A stretch of DNA of 64,000 nt, taken from assembly GCF_036588685.1 (NCBI RefSeq), contig NC_086379.1:83762001-83826000 (forward strand). Reading direction: 5' to 3'. Position numbers and translations under genes: made by a program. This document shows positions 36,101 through 48,960 of the stretch, one piece after another (the stretch's first letter is position 1; each line of letters opens with the position of its first letter). A model generated the notes under the pieces. The model saw only the letters and a list, made by a program, of their open reading frames with translations. It made no database searches and was not told where the DNA came from. Source of the DNA: Mytilus trossulus (Eukaryota).

Positions 36101-39100
36101 ATAGGCATGTGAGATTTAAACTTGAGAAGGTCAGACACTCCATTGTGACGGTCATTACTAACCACTGAAATGGACTGATAGGCAGGTGAGATTTAAACTT
36201 GAGAAGGTCAGACACTCCATTGTGAAGGTCATTACTTACCACTGAAATGGACTGATAGGCAGGTGAGATTTAAACTAGAGAATGATATACAACCCATTGT
36301 GAAGGTCATTTATAATACTTACCACTGAAATGGACTGATAGGCAGGTGAGATTTAAACTTGAGAAGGTCAGACACTCCATTGTGAAGGTCATTACTTACC
36401 ACTGAAATGGACTGATAGGCAGGTGAGATTTAAACTTGAGAAGGTCAGACACACCATTGTGAAGGTCATTACTTACCACTGAAATGGACTGATAGGCAGG
36501 TGAGATTTAAACTTGAGAAGGTCAGACACACCATTGTGAAGGTCATTACTTACCATTGAAATGGACTGATAGGCAGGTGAGATTTAAAGTTGAGAAGGTC
36601 AGACACTCCATTGTGAAGGTCATTACTTACCACTGAAATGGACTGATAGGCAGGTGAGATTTAAACTAGAGAATGATATACACACCATTGTGAAGGTCAT
36701 TTATAATACTTACCACTGAAATGGACTGATAGGCAGGTGAGATTTAAACTTGAGAAGGTCAGACACTCCATTGTGAAGGTCATTACTTACCACTGAAATG
36801 GACTGATAGGCAGGTGAGATTTAAACTTGAGAAGGTCAGACACACCATTGTGAAGGTCATTACTTACCACTGAAATGGACTGATAGGCAGGTGAGATTTA
36901 AACTTGAGAAGGTCAGACACACCATTGTGAAGGTCATTACTTACCATTGAAATGGACTGATAGGCAGGTGAGATTTAAACTTGAGAACGTCAGACACTCC
37001 ATTGTGACGGTCATTACTTACCATTGAAATGGACTGATAGGTAGGTGAGATTTAAACTTGAGAACGTCAGACACACCATTGTGAAGGTCATTACTTACCA
37101 TTGAAATGGACTGATAGGCAGGTGAGATTTAAACTTGAGAACGTCAGACACTCCATTGTGACGGTCATTACTTACCATTGAAATGGACTGATAGGAAGGT
37201 GAGATTTAAACTTGAAAACGTCAGACACACCATTGTGAAGGTCATTTATAATACTAACCACTGAAATGGACTGATAGGAAGGTGAGATTTAAACTTTAGA
37301 AGGTCAGACTCACCATTGTGAAGGTCATTTATAATACTAACCACTGAAATGGACTGATAGGAAGGTGAGATTTAAACTTGAGAACGTCAGACACACCATT
37401 GTGAAGGTCAGCATTAAATGTTCCCTTGTTTAACACGGAGAGACAGATTCCCAGACTAGGTAAGGCTTGTGGTAATAACTCACATAGAACAGCATAATGG
37501 TCATACCTACAAAACAAATGCTTTGTGTAAGTAATGAATAGGAAATACCTTCTTATTGACATCTGATCTTTCAACTATACTCTGTTAAATTTGTTTATCT
37601 CTTGTCTTAAATCGGAAGACATCCAATAAAAGGTAGTATTTAGTGATCTTTTAGCATCCATTCCAATCTAGTTTCCACATTTTTTACTATAGACTATAAA
37701 AAATATTGTCAGGAAATTTGCAAATTATTTTCAAATAGTTTTGAAATTTGATATTAGAACTCGATTATTTCATCAAAGAATAAGATTACTATTATAAATT
37801 TTGTGCTTACTCTTACAACTTCATTTTTTCCTATTTTCTTTCCTATCTTTTAACCAACATGACAATGACTTTTAAAAATATACCTGGACCAGCCAGTAAC
37901 AGCATAACCTCGGATTGTTTGGAACTTCTGTTTTTCTTTCTCCTGTAAAGCCACCCAGACGAGATGATTTTCTATGTGGTAACCAATGTTTGTCAAATAC
38001 ATATTAGACCCTGTTGCTCCCTTGAATGCACTACCTAACCAAATATTGGGAAATAGCTTGGAAAACTTGTCCCAAATATCTGAAATATAACGATAGTCAA
38101 TGATTTTGTAAGCACTGAAGGGTAAAGATTGCTTTAATTTATCAGTAGTTCTAAAGATCAAAAGTTCTAAAATTATTGATAAAGGAAGAAACTCAAAATT
38201 TAAAAGATAACTCTAACAATGACATCTTTGATATATTCAAAACAGATCAAAAGTTGAAGCACCTTCCACAAATTATGTAATATCTCAAAAGTAGCTATAA
38301 AACTTGGAAGATTTAGATATCAAGTCAGTAGCATAGGTTTTTGATTGCATTTTATGCAATCTTTACCCAAAATATTTAAATTCAAACTGTTTTATTTTTT
38401 CTTCGATTACAAACAAAAAGTACCTGCACTAAATAGCAAATATAATGTTCAACAAACAGAAAGATATGTTTTGTAAGAGAACAAAATATTTTAATGGAAA
38501 CATGAAAAAGAGACAATTGTTTACTATAATTTGAATAGTTATTATAATTTGTCATCCAACAATTTAACTAGTTTTCATATATTTATAAGTAAGGAGTCCA
38601 GAGTAATGATGAGTAGAGCCTATTCAACTGATTTTAATAGTTTGTTCTATGTTGTGCTGTTACACTACTGTCCTAGGTTTGGGTAGGGTTGAGCACTCAC
38701 AATCATGTTTAACCCCGTCATATTCTTTATGAGCCTGTCCCAAGTCAGGAGTGTAGTTTAGTGGTTGTCATAAGTTCATGTCTGATATATTTGTTTTTTC
38801 TGTAATTGTTTTCTTATGATTTAGGCCTTTAGTTTTCTTAAATGAATTGTCTCATATTTTTTCACGTTCAGGACTTTTATATGGAATGTTCTCATTGTTG
38901 AAGGCAATACAGTTGCCTACAAATGCTTACATCCAATTCATTTGAACTTTGATGTATAGTCTCATTGACATTCATACCACATATCCTTATTTTTATATAA
39001 GTTGAAGAAAAACGATCGACAAACCAGAATATATATAAATAGAGACCATTTTTCAAACAAACAGCTATATGTTATCTTGTGTTTTCACTGTTGTCATAAA

Positions 39101-42100
39101 TATGAAATATATTGTACATGATGTACTTTTTAATGTTTTACCTGGTGGCAATAAAAACTTTGTCAAATAATGCCATATCATAGGTTCTACAAGGCCTGCC
39201 AAACCCGATTCTGTAATATAAAACATTCAAAAATCCTTTACATTCATTAAGTACTCTCAGTCATAAACCTTAACTCAGTATTTGGTGTACAAAATTTGTG
39301 CTGGAAACCCCAAATCCTGTTATTTGATTGGTTAAATTTTGAGCATGAAGATGATAATCCTACTTTCTGCTGTTTGTCAAAGAAAATGTTTTGTTAACAA
39401 TTTGATTTGATTTTTTTTGGGGATAAGATATATATCCTTAGTTAGCAAGCTTACAATACCCCACTACATATTTTTAGCTAAATATCAATAGGGATTCCCC
39501 TTGCCTTTTATGTTAACAAAGAAACCATATACCTAGATCCAATCCATTGTAAGGTCCTGGGTTTGATGTTAACACAATTATTTTTTTCTACTTTTATTAA
39601 CTATGACCTTAAGTAACCCGCAATATAATGTTTTGAACCTGAGATAGAGATCTTTCAATCATTGTGACCAAGTCTGTTTCCAATCCAATTCAATATTCTG
39701 TTATTATTTGAAACCAATTTCTACACTAATTTCAGTTTTAACTATGCCTTTTCCCTTGTAAGGGCTCTGTGACTTCATATAAATATGTTACAATAATTTA
39801 ATTTTAGATGTAACACGTCTTCTGATTGGCTGACGTTAATTTGTTATGAGCCCATAGGCATAATTAAGTCATGTGAACGTGACGCCATCAATGTTTTTTG
39901 TGGTTTTCTACAGTTTAAAATGAAATTTAGAATTAAATTATAAGAAATGACTGTAATAGTTTTTCTGTCTATTCGAAATAACATAAAAAAAATGTGGTGC
40001 ACACTGTTAAATAACCCGCTACATGCATTATTCAGTGTGCACCAAATTTTTTATGTCATTTCTTCATAGACAGAAAATATATTACAGTCATTCCTTAAAT
40101 ATATTGTAATATTGGTTAAATCTGATTTATGTTCCACATGGCAACTATGACCTTATCATTACATAGTCAACTTAACTTCAATACAGAATTTTCTTTCATC
40201 ATTACTTTTGATAGTATATACATGTAAGGATGCAATCCAATATAAAGTATTAGATCTTAGTGATTACCAGCATTTCTGAAAAAGTACAGTGTGAGTATCT
40301 GGTTCCTGTTTCTCAGTTTAGTATGTGTAGTCTTTAGTAGAATGTTATTTTGTCATTTGCCATGGCATTGTCAGTAAGTATTTCTTTGATTAGTGAGTTA
40401 TAAATTTCCTTCAAGAAAGAACATGACACCAAATCATGAAATGTCCAAACCATTCTTTGTCTAGCCAAATTGGTTTTGCTTATGATGAAGGCTGTACAGT
40501 GACTTATAGTTCAAATCATGAAATATCCAAACCATTCTTTGTCTAGCCATATGGGTTTTACTTATGATGAAGGCTGTATAGTGACTTATAGTTCAAATCA
40601 TGAAATATCCAAACCATTCTTTGTCTAGCCATATGGGTTTTGCTTATGATGAAGGCTGTACAGTGACTTATAGTTGCTAACATCTACTACAATTGGCCTC
40701 TGGTACATAGTTTTATCATTTACAATTATACCTAACATCAGCAAAAGAGGTGGAATGCCACTAACTTACCCAGTAAAACAGATAGTTCTGTATGTCTCAG
40801 CATGTCGTCCCACATTATAGCTGTAACTGATGGATACTTGACTTTGATGTAGTTAAGTACAGCCTTACAGTGACTAAAGAAGAGTTGTTGTTGTGTAAGG
40901 TTCTGTACATGCATTCGTTTCTTACATTTATCACAGATCCCAATATGGTAGACCTGTAATTGAATAGCAGAATGATCATTATTTGTCAAATATCTTCTTG
41001 CACTGAAGTTTGTTTTAATTATATAGATGGCTAATAACATAAGGTCCAAGCCAAATTCTAAAGATTGCTTTAGCAGCTGTCTCATAATTATAGTTCTGCT
41101 TCTATATATTTTATCTCCTTTTTTTCATTTGTTTATTTTTTTATCTCCTTATTTTAATTGATAATTTTAAAGAGGAGGCATGCTGTCAAAAATAGTATTA
41201 TAATTAATACTAATAATCCATGTTTTTGTTTTTCTGTCAATGCTACAAGTTTGTAGTGTTTAATGACTATTGTTTTGTAATTAATATGCCTGTCTGTCTG
41301 TTTGTGTGTTTTTGTTGTGCATTTTAGTAACAATCCTATTGTTTGGATTTCTGACTAATAAAATTCTTACTCTTATTCTTATTCCTTGTGTTTCAGTGGA
41401 CTTTTGACTGTTTATATTCTATTCAAAATAATGACTGGAAGATCACTGGCATTATGACTGCAATAACATTAAATTTACAGCAATAAAAGTATGATAAACA
41501 AGTGATTCATAAGACTAGTAAACTGACCTCATCAGCTCCGATATGGAACCACCGTAGACCTTGATGTAATTCCATAACTTGATCAATCATCATACAAACT
41601 GCCATCAAAGAATCTGCTCATAAAACAATAACATATGTCAATGCACTAAATAATACCTTGTTTACAATTCTTCTTTCTTCTTTTTAACACTAATTATTTG
41701 TCTTTCTGATCAGTCAGTTGACTAAGGTAACTTAAAGCTTCATAACAATAAACAACTTTTGATGCCGTCACAAAAACAGTTTCTCAATACTCCTTTATTT
41801 TTTATTTAATTTTTGTGATGTTATATCAAAATAGGACTATTAAAGCAGTGTGATTCGAAACCAGGTTAAGTACTTTGAACCCCTTTCATCGGAAGTTCTA
41901 CTGAGAATTTTTGCATACAGAATTACTTTGTGTTGTTACTTTATTTTATTATAGAGTAAACTGTTTTTCTTAAACTGCTGTACTGGTTATGCATGAACTA
42001 CTTGCCACTGGACATTTACCAAACAACAGTCAATCATGTATAGTTTATGCCTTCTTTTACTTTAAGGGTCCCTATACTAAGGGTTCATTCAATTTTATGG

Positions 42101-45100
42101 TTATGTTATGGAATGTTCTAGTCATTGGGGGATCCAGTGGGGTGCGGTGGGTTCAGGAGGTTGGAACACCCTCTTTTTTTGGCCGATCAATGCATTTGAA
42201 TGGGAGCATATAGCTGGAACCCCCTTTTTCTGGGTTGGGAACCTAGTTTTAGGGTTATAGTTTGTGTTAGGGTAAAGAATGGTTAGAGTTAAATATGGGA
42301 TTTAGGATAGTTGAGTACAGCTCTATAAGGGATGGGACCCCTAAAGTAAAAGAAGGCCATTACAATTTCCGCATCAAAAAGGACATCCATAAGTTACTAT
42401 TCATATATATATATATATCATTACCTGGATTGGAAGGACAAAGAGCCATGGGATAGTTGGGAACTTCTCTAAGAGATCTGAATTTCTCATGTTTCAACAC
42501 AAACTGCAAAAAATAAATCAATTACTTCTTTGCTATTCAAACCTTCTCCATTTGTGATTTTTTTTTGTGTGTTTTAGTTCAGTGAAATCCCAAGAATTTA
42601 ATAACATACCTTTCTATTAATATACATTTCTGGAAACAGTTGCATTATGAGATAAAACTACTGGTCATTTTGGTCTTTTGTGGATAGTTGTCTCATTGGC
42701 AATCATACCATATCTTCTTTTTTATACTAATAACAATATTTGACATAAAGTTTCTACATGTATGTGTCCACTGAACAGGACTTCCCTAAGCTTTGTAGAA
42801 TATAGAAAAAGGATGATACTGAAGTTCAAAGTTCATATTTTTTTTGGAAAATGACAAAAATGTATTTGTTTCATGCGGTCCAGACTTTGAAACATAGTTA
42901 TTTATAATCTTGTACCGTATAGCGGGTTATTTTCGCGGGTGTAAAATTTCGCGATTTTCATTGAACAAGGTATACGAAATATTTTGGCGGTTATTATTTT
43001 GGCGGATTAAAAACTGTTATTAATACCTTTGTATGTACACCTTTAATTTGGCGGAATTTATTTTGGCGATTTAGTTCTGTCTGCGAAAATAAGCGAAAAT
43101 TTGCACCCCGCGAAAATAACCCGCTATACGGTACTCTGATTGAATCACTTAAATGTCAATTATTTAAAGTGTTGTGTTGATGGAAGATTTTTGACATATA
43201 GTCAGATGCTCTGAATGGACAAGCTAGTGCTTGTTGTACTGTATAAACACCTATCTATTGTTGACAATTATCTTTTAGTCCAACTGTTTTCATTAGGTTG
43301 ATGTACACCTTACACCTCATTTTTAGTAATACATTACTATACACTAACCCTAAAAATTAATGTGTGTATGTGTGTGTCTCAGGGTTTCACTGAGTGCTTG
43401 ACAAATTTATCTTACAGTTAATCTGTTACAAATGTTTCTAGATATATGAACATTTCCCATAGTATTTTAAGAATGTCTTGTGTCCAATGTAGTTATAAAA
43501 TAGATTGTACCTCAAAATGGCCAAATGATTGCACTAGAGGGATTATAATCAAACTATTTTCTTCTGCTAGTTGCTGAATTCTGTATATTGCTTCTTTGCT
43601 ACAAAAGAATAACGATTGATTGATTTATGCTGCATCAGCACAAAAGCAAAAGAATATAGAAGCACAGAGACCACACTAAATAATAACTTTCTTTTAATTG
43701 TTCTCAATTAAATTGTGTTTTTAAATAGCTAATTATTATCAAAGTTGCAGGAGCAATATCTGTTTATAGGAATGATGTGTAAGGCATCCATGAATCAATA
43801 ATTATTCAAGTTTGTCATAAGGTTAGAACTAGAGATACATACATTCAGGGGAGACTACTTGTAAAAGTTATCTTTATGATTAAAAGAGGTTTCTGGATTT
43901 CCTGGTTTTGTCAAATCAAAACTCAACTTCGAAAATTTGAAGGCTGAAATTTCAAAAAGAAGAAAGGAGTGTTTCAGAACCATGCCAGCAAGATGAAGAC
44001 ACAGGGTCTGTATCTAAGCTGTACATAGGTAAGTGTCTTGGTCTTTTATAAAAGAAACATTGTACCTATTGCTTCACTATTCTAGATATTTGTATTACAT
44101 AAAGAACAGAACAAACCTGTATGCATGTTGTGATGCTACCTCCTCTAATTCTCCATAGTATGGAAACATATCTTCATATTCAATAAGGAGACCTGTAGCA
44201 CCCAACTTCTTAAACAATGGTATAACCTAAAATTATATCAACAAGACCTGTAGCACCCAACTTCTTAAACAATGGTATAACCTAAAATTAGATCAATAAG
44301 ACCTGTAGCACTCATCTCCTTAAACAATGGTATAACCTAAAATTAGATCAACAAGACCTGTAGCACCCAACTTCTTAAACAATGGTATAACCTAAAATTA
44401 GATCAATAAGACCTGTAGCACCCATCTCCTTAAACAATGGTATAACCTAAAATTAGATCAACAAGACCTGTAGCACCCAACTTCTTAAACAATGGTATAA
44501 CCTAAAATTAGATCAATAAGACCTGTAGCACCCATCTCCTTAAACAATGGTATAACCTAAAATTAGATCAACAAGACCTGTAGCACCCAACTTCTTAAAC
44601 AATGGTATAACCTAAAATTAGATCAACAAGACCTGTAGCACCCAACTTCTTAAACAATGGTATAACCTAAAATTAGATCAATAAGACCTGTAGCACCCAA
44701 CTTCTTAAACAATGGTATAACCTAAATATATATAAATAAGACTATATTTCGTGCACATTTCTTTCGTCTTTTGATACTTCATATTTTAACAAGTTTTTTT
44801 AGTAACTTGTGTTTATTAAGTTGTGGATATATAAGAATAACGATAGGATAGGAACACATTATTTTTCGACCAAGTCTTTCTTGATATGGTATTTGATTGA
44901 CCTGTTACTTTGACAAATCAAATATGAACAATCTAAAAATGTACATGTATTTTTCTGATAGATTTTAATTTCATATATTATACATTGTAATAGCCAATAA
45001 TGACAGGCTGTTTGTAAATGGGGGTTTATACAGCAATTTTCTTAAGACAAGTTGGTTTACCTGTTCTAAATATTCCACCCTAGGCGGAGCACCCTTCAGG

Positions 45101-45994
45101 TCAAGGTGAACAAGTCTGAAAAAAACCCACAACTAAACATAGTTATTATTATCTATTTATACTGAACTTTTCACACATAAATTTACATTGAATGGTTATG
45201 GCATACAATATTGAGACAATAAACTGACAATTGTTAATATTATTGACTAATTACATACCTACCAAGTTTTCAAAATGCCCATGGGGGTTTTGCATGCAAG
45301 ATGGCTGCCATACTCCTAAAAAAACCTTCAAGGGGGCCTTCAAATACAGTGTAATATTGTTTTTTGGCTTCTCCATACTTTTATAAGCCGCAATTAATTG
45401 TAAAATTCATTGTTTTGTTAAAATTGTGGACATAATTGCTCTTTAAAAGTTTCAATTTGGGAGCCTCCATAGGGGAAATCCCCAGCAAATAGTGACAGTT
45501 GGCAGGTATGTAATTATATTATATGAACAGCCGCATTTAAACCACATAACCATGAAAAATGAGCATGATGATTTATGACAATATAAATACTAACAAATTA
45601 AATGGAGAATGTGTCTTTGAGACACAGATGAAGGTCCCACTTGCATATATACATAACATTATAAAGGGGCATAACTATAAAAGTAAAAGTGACTCACCTA
45701 AATTCAAAATTTATTTTTGGTAATATTTAGCAAAGGTGGATAAGTTCAATAATGTTTGGCTGATGATATCTTTGATAAATTACCATGGTTAAAGAACATC
45801 GAGGAACAGAAACTTGAGATATACATGATATATACGTTCATATACGAGTCTTAATGCCTTCTCTGATGATGACAGGCACATACTATTTTGTTAATAATTA
45901 AGCGACACTGCTATAAGTGTTCTCAAAGGCTAATATACATGATATGGGGATCAAAACATTTAACATACCTATGGTTCTGGTCCATTAAATTCAT
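33117..45994 (-). CDS. HEXD: Hexosaminidase D (GH20), 13 coding exons, 474 aa
   Basis: Exons in transcript order: 45994-45969, 45115-45061, 44226-44117, 43598-43511, 42503-42425, 41613-41528, 40953-40770, 39210-39142, 38079-37884, 37506-37342, 35245-35141, 33991-33905, 33291-33117. All are GT-AG and phase-consistent, total 1425 nt. Motifs [40 protein letters not shown], catalytic [20 protein letters not shown] and [17 protein letters not shown] are typical of HEXD/HEXDC. Confidence 0.95.
35471..37409 (-). repeat. 77/83-bp minisatellite (~25 copies) made of a HEXD exon end plus its 5' splice site
   Basis: Sense unit TGACCTTCACAATGGTGTGTCTGACCTTCTCAAGTTTAAATCTCACCTGCCTATCAGTCCATTTCAGTG|GTAAGTAA. 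The first copy is the real exon end (37342). Confidence 0.97.
39797..40097. mobile_element. Short non-autonomous DNA element with hairpin end, intact copy
   Basis: Inverted arms AAGAAATGACTGTAAT...GGTGCACACTG / CAGTGTGCACC...ATTACAGTCATTCCTTA. A split copy lies at 18123-21607. Confidence 0.65.
40431..40673. repeat. 82-bp x3 tandem repeat spanning a SINE-fragment junction
   Basis: Units start at 40431, 40513 and 40595. The second half resembles SINE ATGGGCTTTGCTCATTGTTGAAGGCCGTACGGTGACCTATAGTT. Confidence 0.9.
42915..43131. mobile_element. Tc1/mariner-type MITE with TA TSD
   Basis: TA|CCGTATAGCGGGTTATTTTCGCGG...CCGCGAAAATAACCCGCTATACGG|TA. CpGs are intact, suggesting a young insertion. Confidence 0.88.
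44189..44727 (-). repeat. 55-bp x10 minisatellite made of a HEXD 3' splice site plus exon start
   Basis: Sense unit TGATCTAATTTTAG|GTTATACCATTGTTTAAGAAGTTGGGTGCTACAGGTCTTGT. Only the last copy (44226) runs into the coding exon. Confidence 0.97.
45255..45510 (+). mobile_element. MITE (TIR CATACCTGCCAAC); inverted partner at 47506-47773
   Basis: Termini CATACCTACCAAG...GTTGGCAGGTATG. The body is the reverse complement of 47506-47773. Confidence 0.75.
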
Positions 45995-47505
45995 TCTGTC
46001 TACTGTATAACCTGTAATGTATATTTATGTAATTTATTTACATAATTAATTGGAAATAAACATACATGTACAAATATTTTTCATTTACTAAACTTGTGTT
46101 CTTTAGTGTTTAAGAATAGATGAAAAATGCAAAAATATAATTCATCATTTATATGTAAAACTTGGATCTCCCTTATACATATGTTATATACATTGTAAAT
46201 ACATGTAGCTGAAGAAAATCATGACTGCCAACTATCCTCATTTTCTGCATTTTACTCTTAATTTCATGCATCAATCTGAGTTCTAATATTGGATTTGTAG
46301 AACGTGTAAAAGCCTTATTTCCATAAATTAATTCCACATGAAAAATTTGTTGGTCCCTGATTTTGAGCATTTCCTGGGAAATTTTGATCAGTGATTAGTC
46401 AATCAAATCTGATTCACAACTTTTCACAGTACAGATAATACATTTGTACAGAAGAACTGTTCATACTAATCATTATCATGATTATGACACTTTACTTTCA
46501 ATATGTACACATGTAATACCACCAATGCTTTCCTCTTTTAGCATTTTTAGTTTTAGTTTAAATTTACACTTTTCAAAAAATTGTGCAGACTTGATCTTTC
46601 TTTCAGATAAAGAAATAAATTACTTGACATCAGTACCGTCAGTGAGTCTTATCCTCTCCATTAATTATATATATACCTACAAAATTTTACATAACATTTA
46701 ATCCATCAAAACCATGTAACCTCAAGTTTCCAAAATATTTTATAGACATGATAGAAACACCAAATGAAAAAAGAATGGTGCTTTGAGACACCCAAGATAT
46801 ATGTTTATGACTCAAAGAAACAACAACAATGACAACCTGACAAAAGGGAAGAAAAACTAATGGGTCTTAAAAGCAACAGAAAAGTCCTGCACCTAGGAAT
46901 TTGTAGATTACTTGAACATGTGGTGACCTTATAGTGCAATTCTTATAAACAAAAAATAAAAAATAAAAATTTGCACCTGGTCTATCTCAAAAAGTTTTTT
47001 ACAGTATAAGTACACATGGTACATGTGTACTATTGGGACAAAAATAACATCAAATTATACAATAAAATTGAGAATGGAATTAGAAGTCTACTACATGTAA
47101 CTCTATCTCGAATTATAGATATTGCTATGCTCAGGGAGTTTAACAATTTCAGACATATTAATTTTTTACATATTTTACCTGGACCAAAATACTTAACATT
47201 GTGATTCATGTGATTCAGCCAAGGATTTGTATAGTTAGACAAATCCTTGATTCAGCACATGATTTTTTTTAACATGTAATTTCATCCTGTTTCTTAATAT
47301 TTTATGCATGAAATATCAAAAAATAAATTGGGAAAGAGTACAATGGAGTATGAAAAAAGTTGCTATACAGAATGGTAATAATAACATGAAAAATAAAAGA
47401 CCAGTGTGAGAACTGATTTATTACAACTATAAAATTGAGAATGGAACTATGTATATTAATATTTATAAAGCTCATATCTGTTGGTGTCAACTAAGACTAT
47501 CAATC

Positions 47506-47773
47506 ATACCTGCCAACTGTCACTATTTGTGGAGGATTTTCCCCATGAAGGCATCTAAACGGAATTTTGTAAGAGCAATTTTGTGTACAATTTTAAACAA
47601 AACTATTAATTATGTAATTGCTATAGGCATTTAAAAAATCATAAAGAAAGAAGAAGTAAAAAAAACAACATCAATATACATTTGAAGGACCCCTTGTCAA
47701 AGGTTTTTTAGAACTAAAGGGGCGATCTTGCAAGCGAAACCCCCATGGGCATTTTGAAAAGTTGGCAGGTATA
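47506..47773 (-). mobile_element. MITE (TIR CATACCTGCCAAC)
   Basis: Termini CATACCTGCCAAC...GTTGGCAGGTAT. Confidence 0.75.
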
Positions 47774-48060
47774 AGCGAAGGAATTTTAAGGAGTCCATGG
47801 ATGACTTTGTAGATCGAGGGCTGAGCGCATGTACATGTTCAGTCAACTGCATTCTTATACATGTACCTCTAGCCAATGTTGAATAAAACAAACACATAAC
47901 AATACACACAGTAAATCTCAGTTCAAGAAGTTGTCAGACATTTACTGTTATTAACAGGCTACCTTACAGTATTTTCAAATCCCGTTCAAATGTTCATGCA
48001 ATTCATTTAAGTTATCAATTTGTCGTCTGGCAAAAAATACAAATTCTAATCCTGGTATCT

Positions 48061-48301
48061 ATGGGTCTCATTGGACTCCAAGCCTGACGTAGGATTGCCA
48101 ATGTTTAAATTATTGTGCCATGAAAATGGGAAATGAAGTCTAGCGGGACACGATAAATTACAAAAAAATGAAAATTGTTTACATACATAGTGTAAGCGGG
48201 ATACATGAACCTGACAAAACAGTAAGCAGGATCCAGGATCAGAACCCCCCCCACCACCACCACCACCACCACCACCACCACCACCACCACAATGAGACAC
48301 C
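48061..48301 (+). mobile_element. MITE (TIR GGGTCTCATTG) with (CCA)n microsatellite; second copy at 51692-51920
   Basis: Shares its body and GGGTCTCATTG...CAATGAGAC ends with 51692-51920. (CCA)n lies at about 48251-48290. Confidence 0.7.
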
Positions 48302-48639
48302 TGATTCATGAGTTTATTTACTGGTCCCGACCAGTTTATGAGCATCCATGCTGTTTGCATTGTTTTATTCGTTATTACATATGTTTTTATATGCGGTGAA
48401 AAGCTCATTAGAGCTTATTTAGTAGTATGTTTGTCAATATACGGAATCGAAATAAAGTTTTTATCGACTTTAATATTTAAGTTAACTTTGGGGAAAATGA
48501 GAAAAAAAGATACTTCGGGACTTCATTCAAGAACACTTATCTTGTCAAATATAACATGTGTCAGTTAAAGCACATTGTATATTTACACCTGTTAGCATGT
48601 ATGCAAACCTTTGTGCATCAATCAAAATCAATTCATTTG

Positions 48640-48960
48640 TTATTCATCACGTAGTCATTAATTTTGTTTCAAAACATCATCAGTACCGAGCACTGTTTAC
48701 AGGCAAGATTTCCGTGCAATCTTGGCCAATCAGCTTCAACATCCGGTGTCCCGTTCGGAGTTTCATACGATATGCTTTTACCACAATTCAAAGTAAAGTT
48801 CCGGAAATCCCGAAAACCATTTATTTTGACAATCTCCCATACAGACAGAGTTATCGTCCTTTCCTCCTCAAGATTGAGGAGGAAAGGACGATAACTCTGT
48901 CTGTATGGGAGATTGTTATTTTGATGTGACCAGTGTTTGTAAACAAAACAGTTTTGAGGT
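48640..48960. promoter_or_regulatory. Probable bidirectional promoter region of HEXD (-) and CYBC1 (+)
   Basis: Lies between the divergent genes, both of whose ATG exons begin with a splice acceptor, so non-coding first exons are needed. Locally CpG-richer than the flanks, with a CCAAT box (GGCCAATCA 48724-48732) and an ETS-like TTCCGGAA (48799-48806). TSSs not determinable. Confidence 0.55.
48830..48915. mobile_element. 86-bp fully palindromic MITE with 9-bp TSD (Mutator-like by TSD length)
   Basis: Perfect 42-bp arms around a 2-nt GA loop, flanked by TTATTTTGA at 48821-48829 and 48916-48924. Confidence 0.85.

Noticed and set aside
48046-48408. Poly-Gly and poly-Val ORFs
   Set aside because: They arise from the (CCA)n microsatellite in a MITE.
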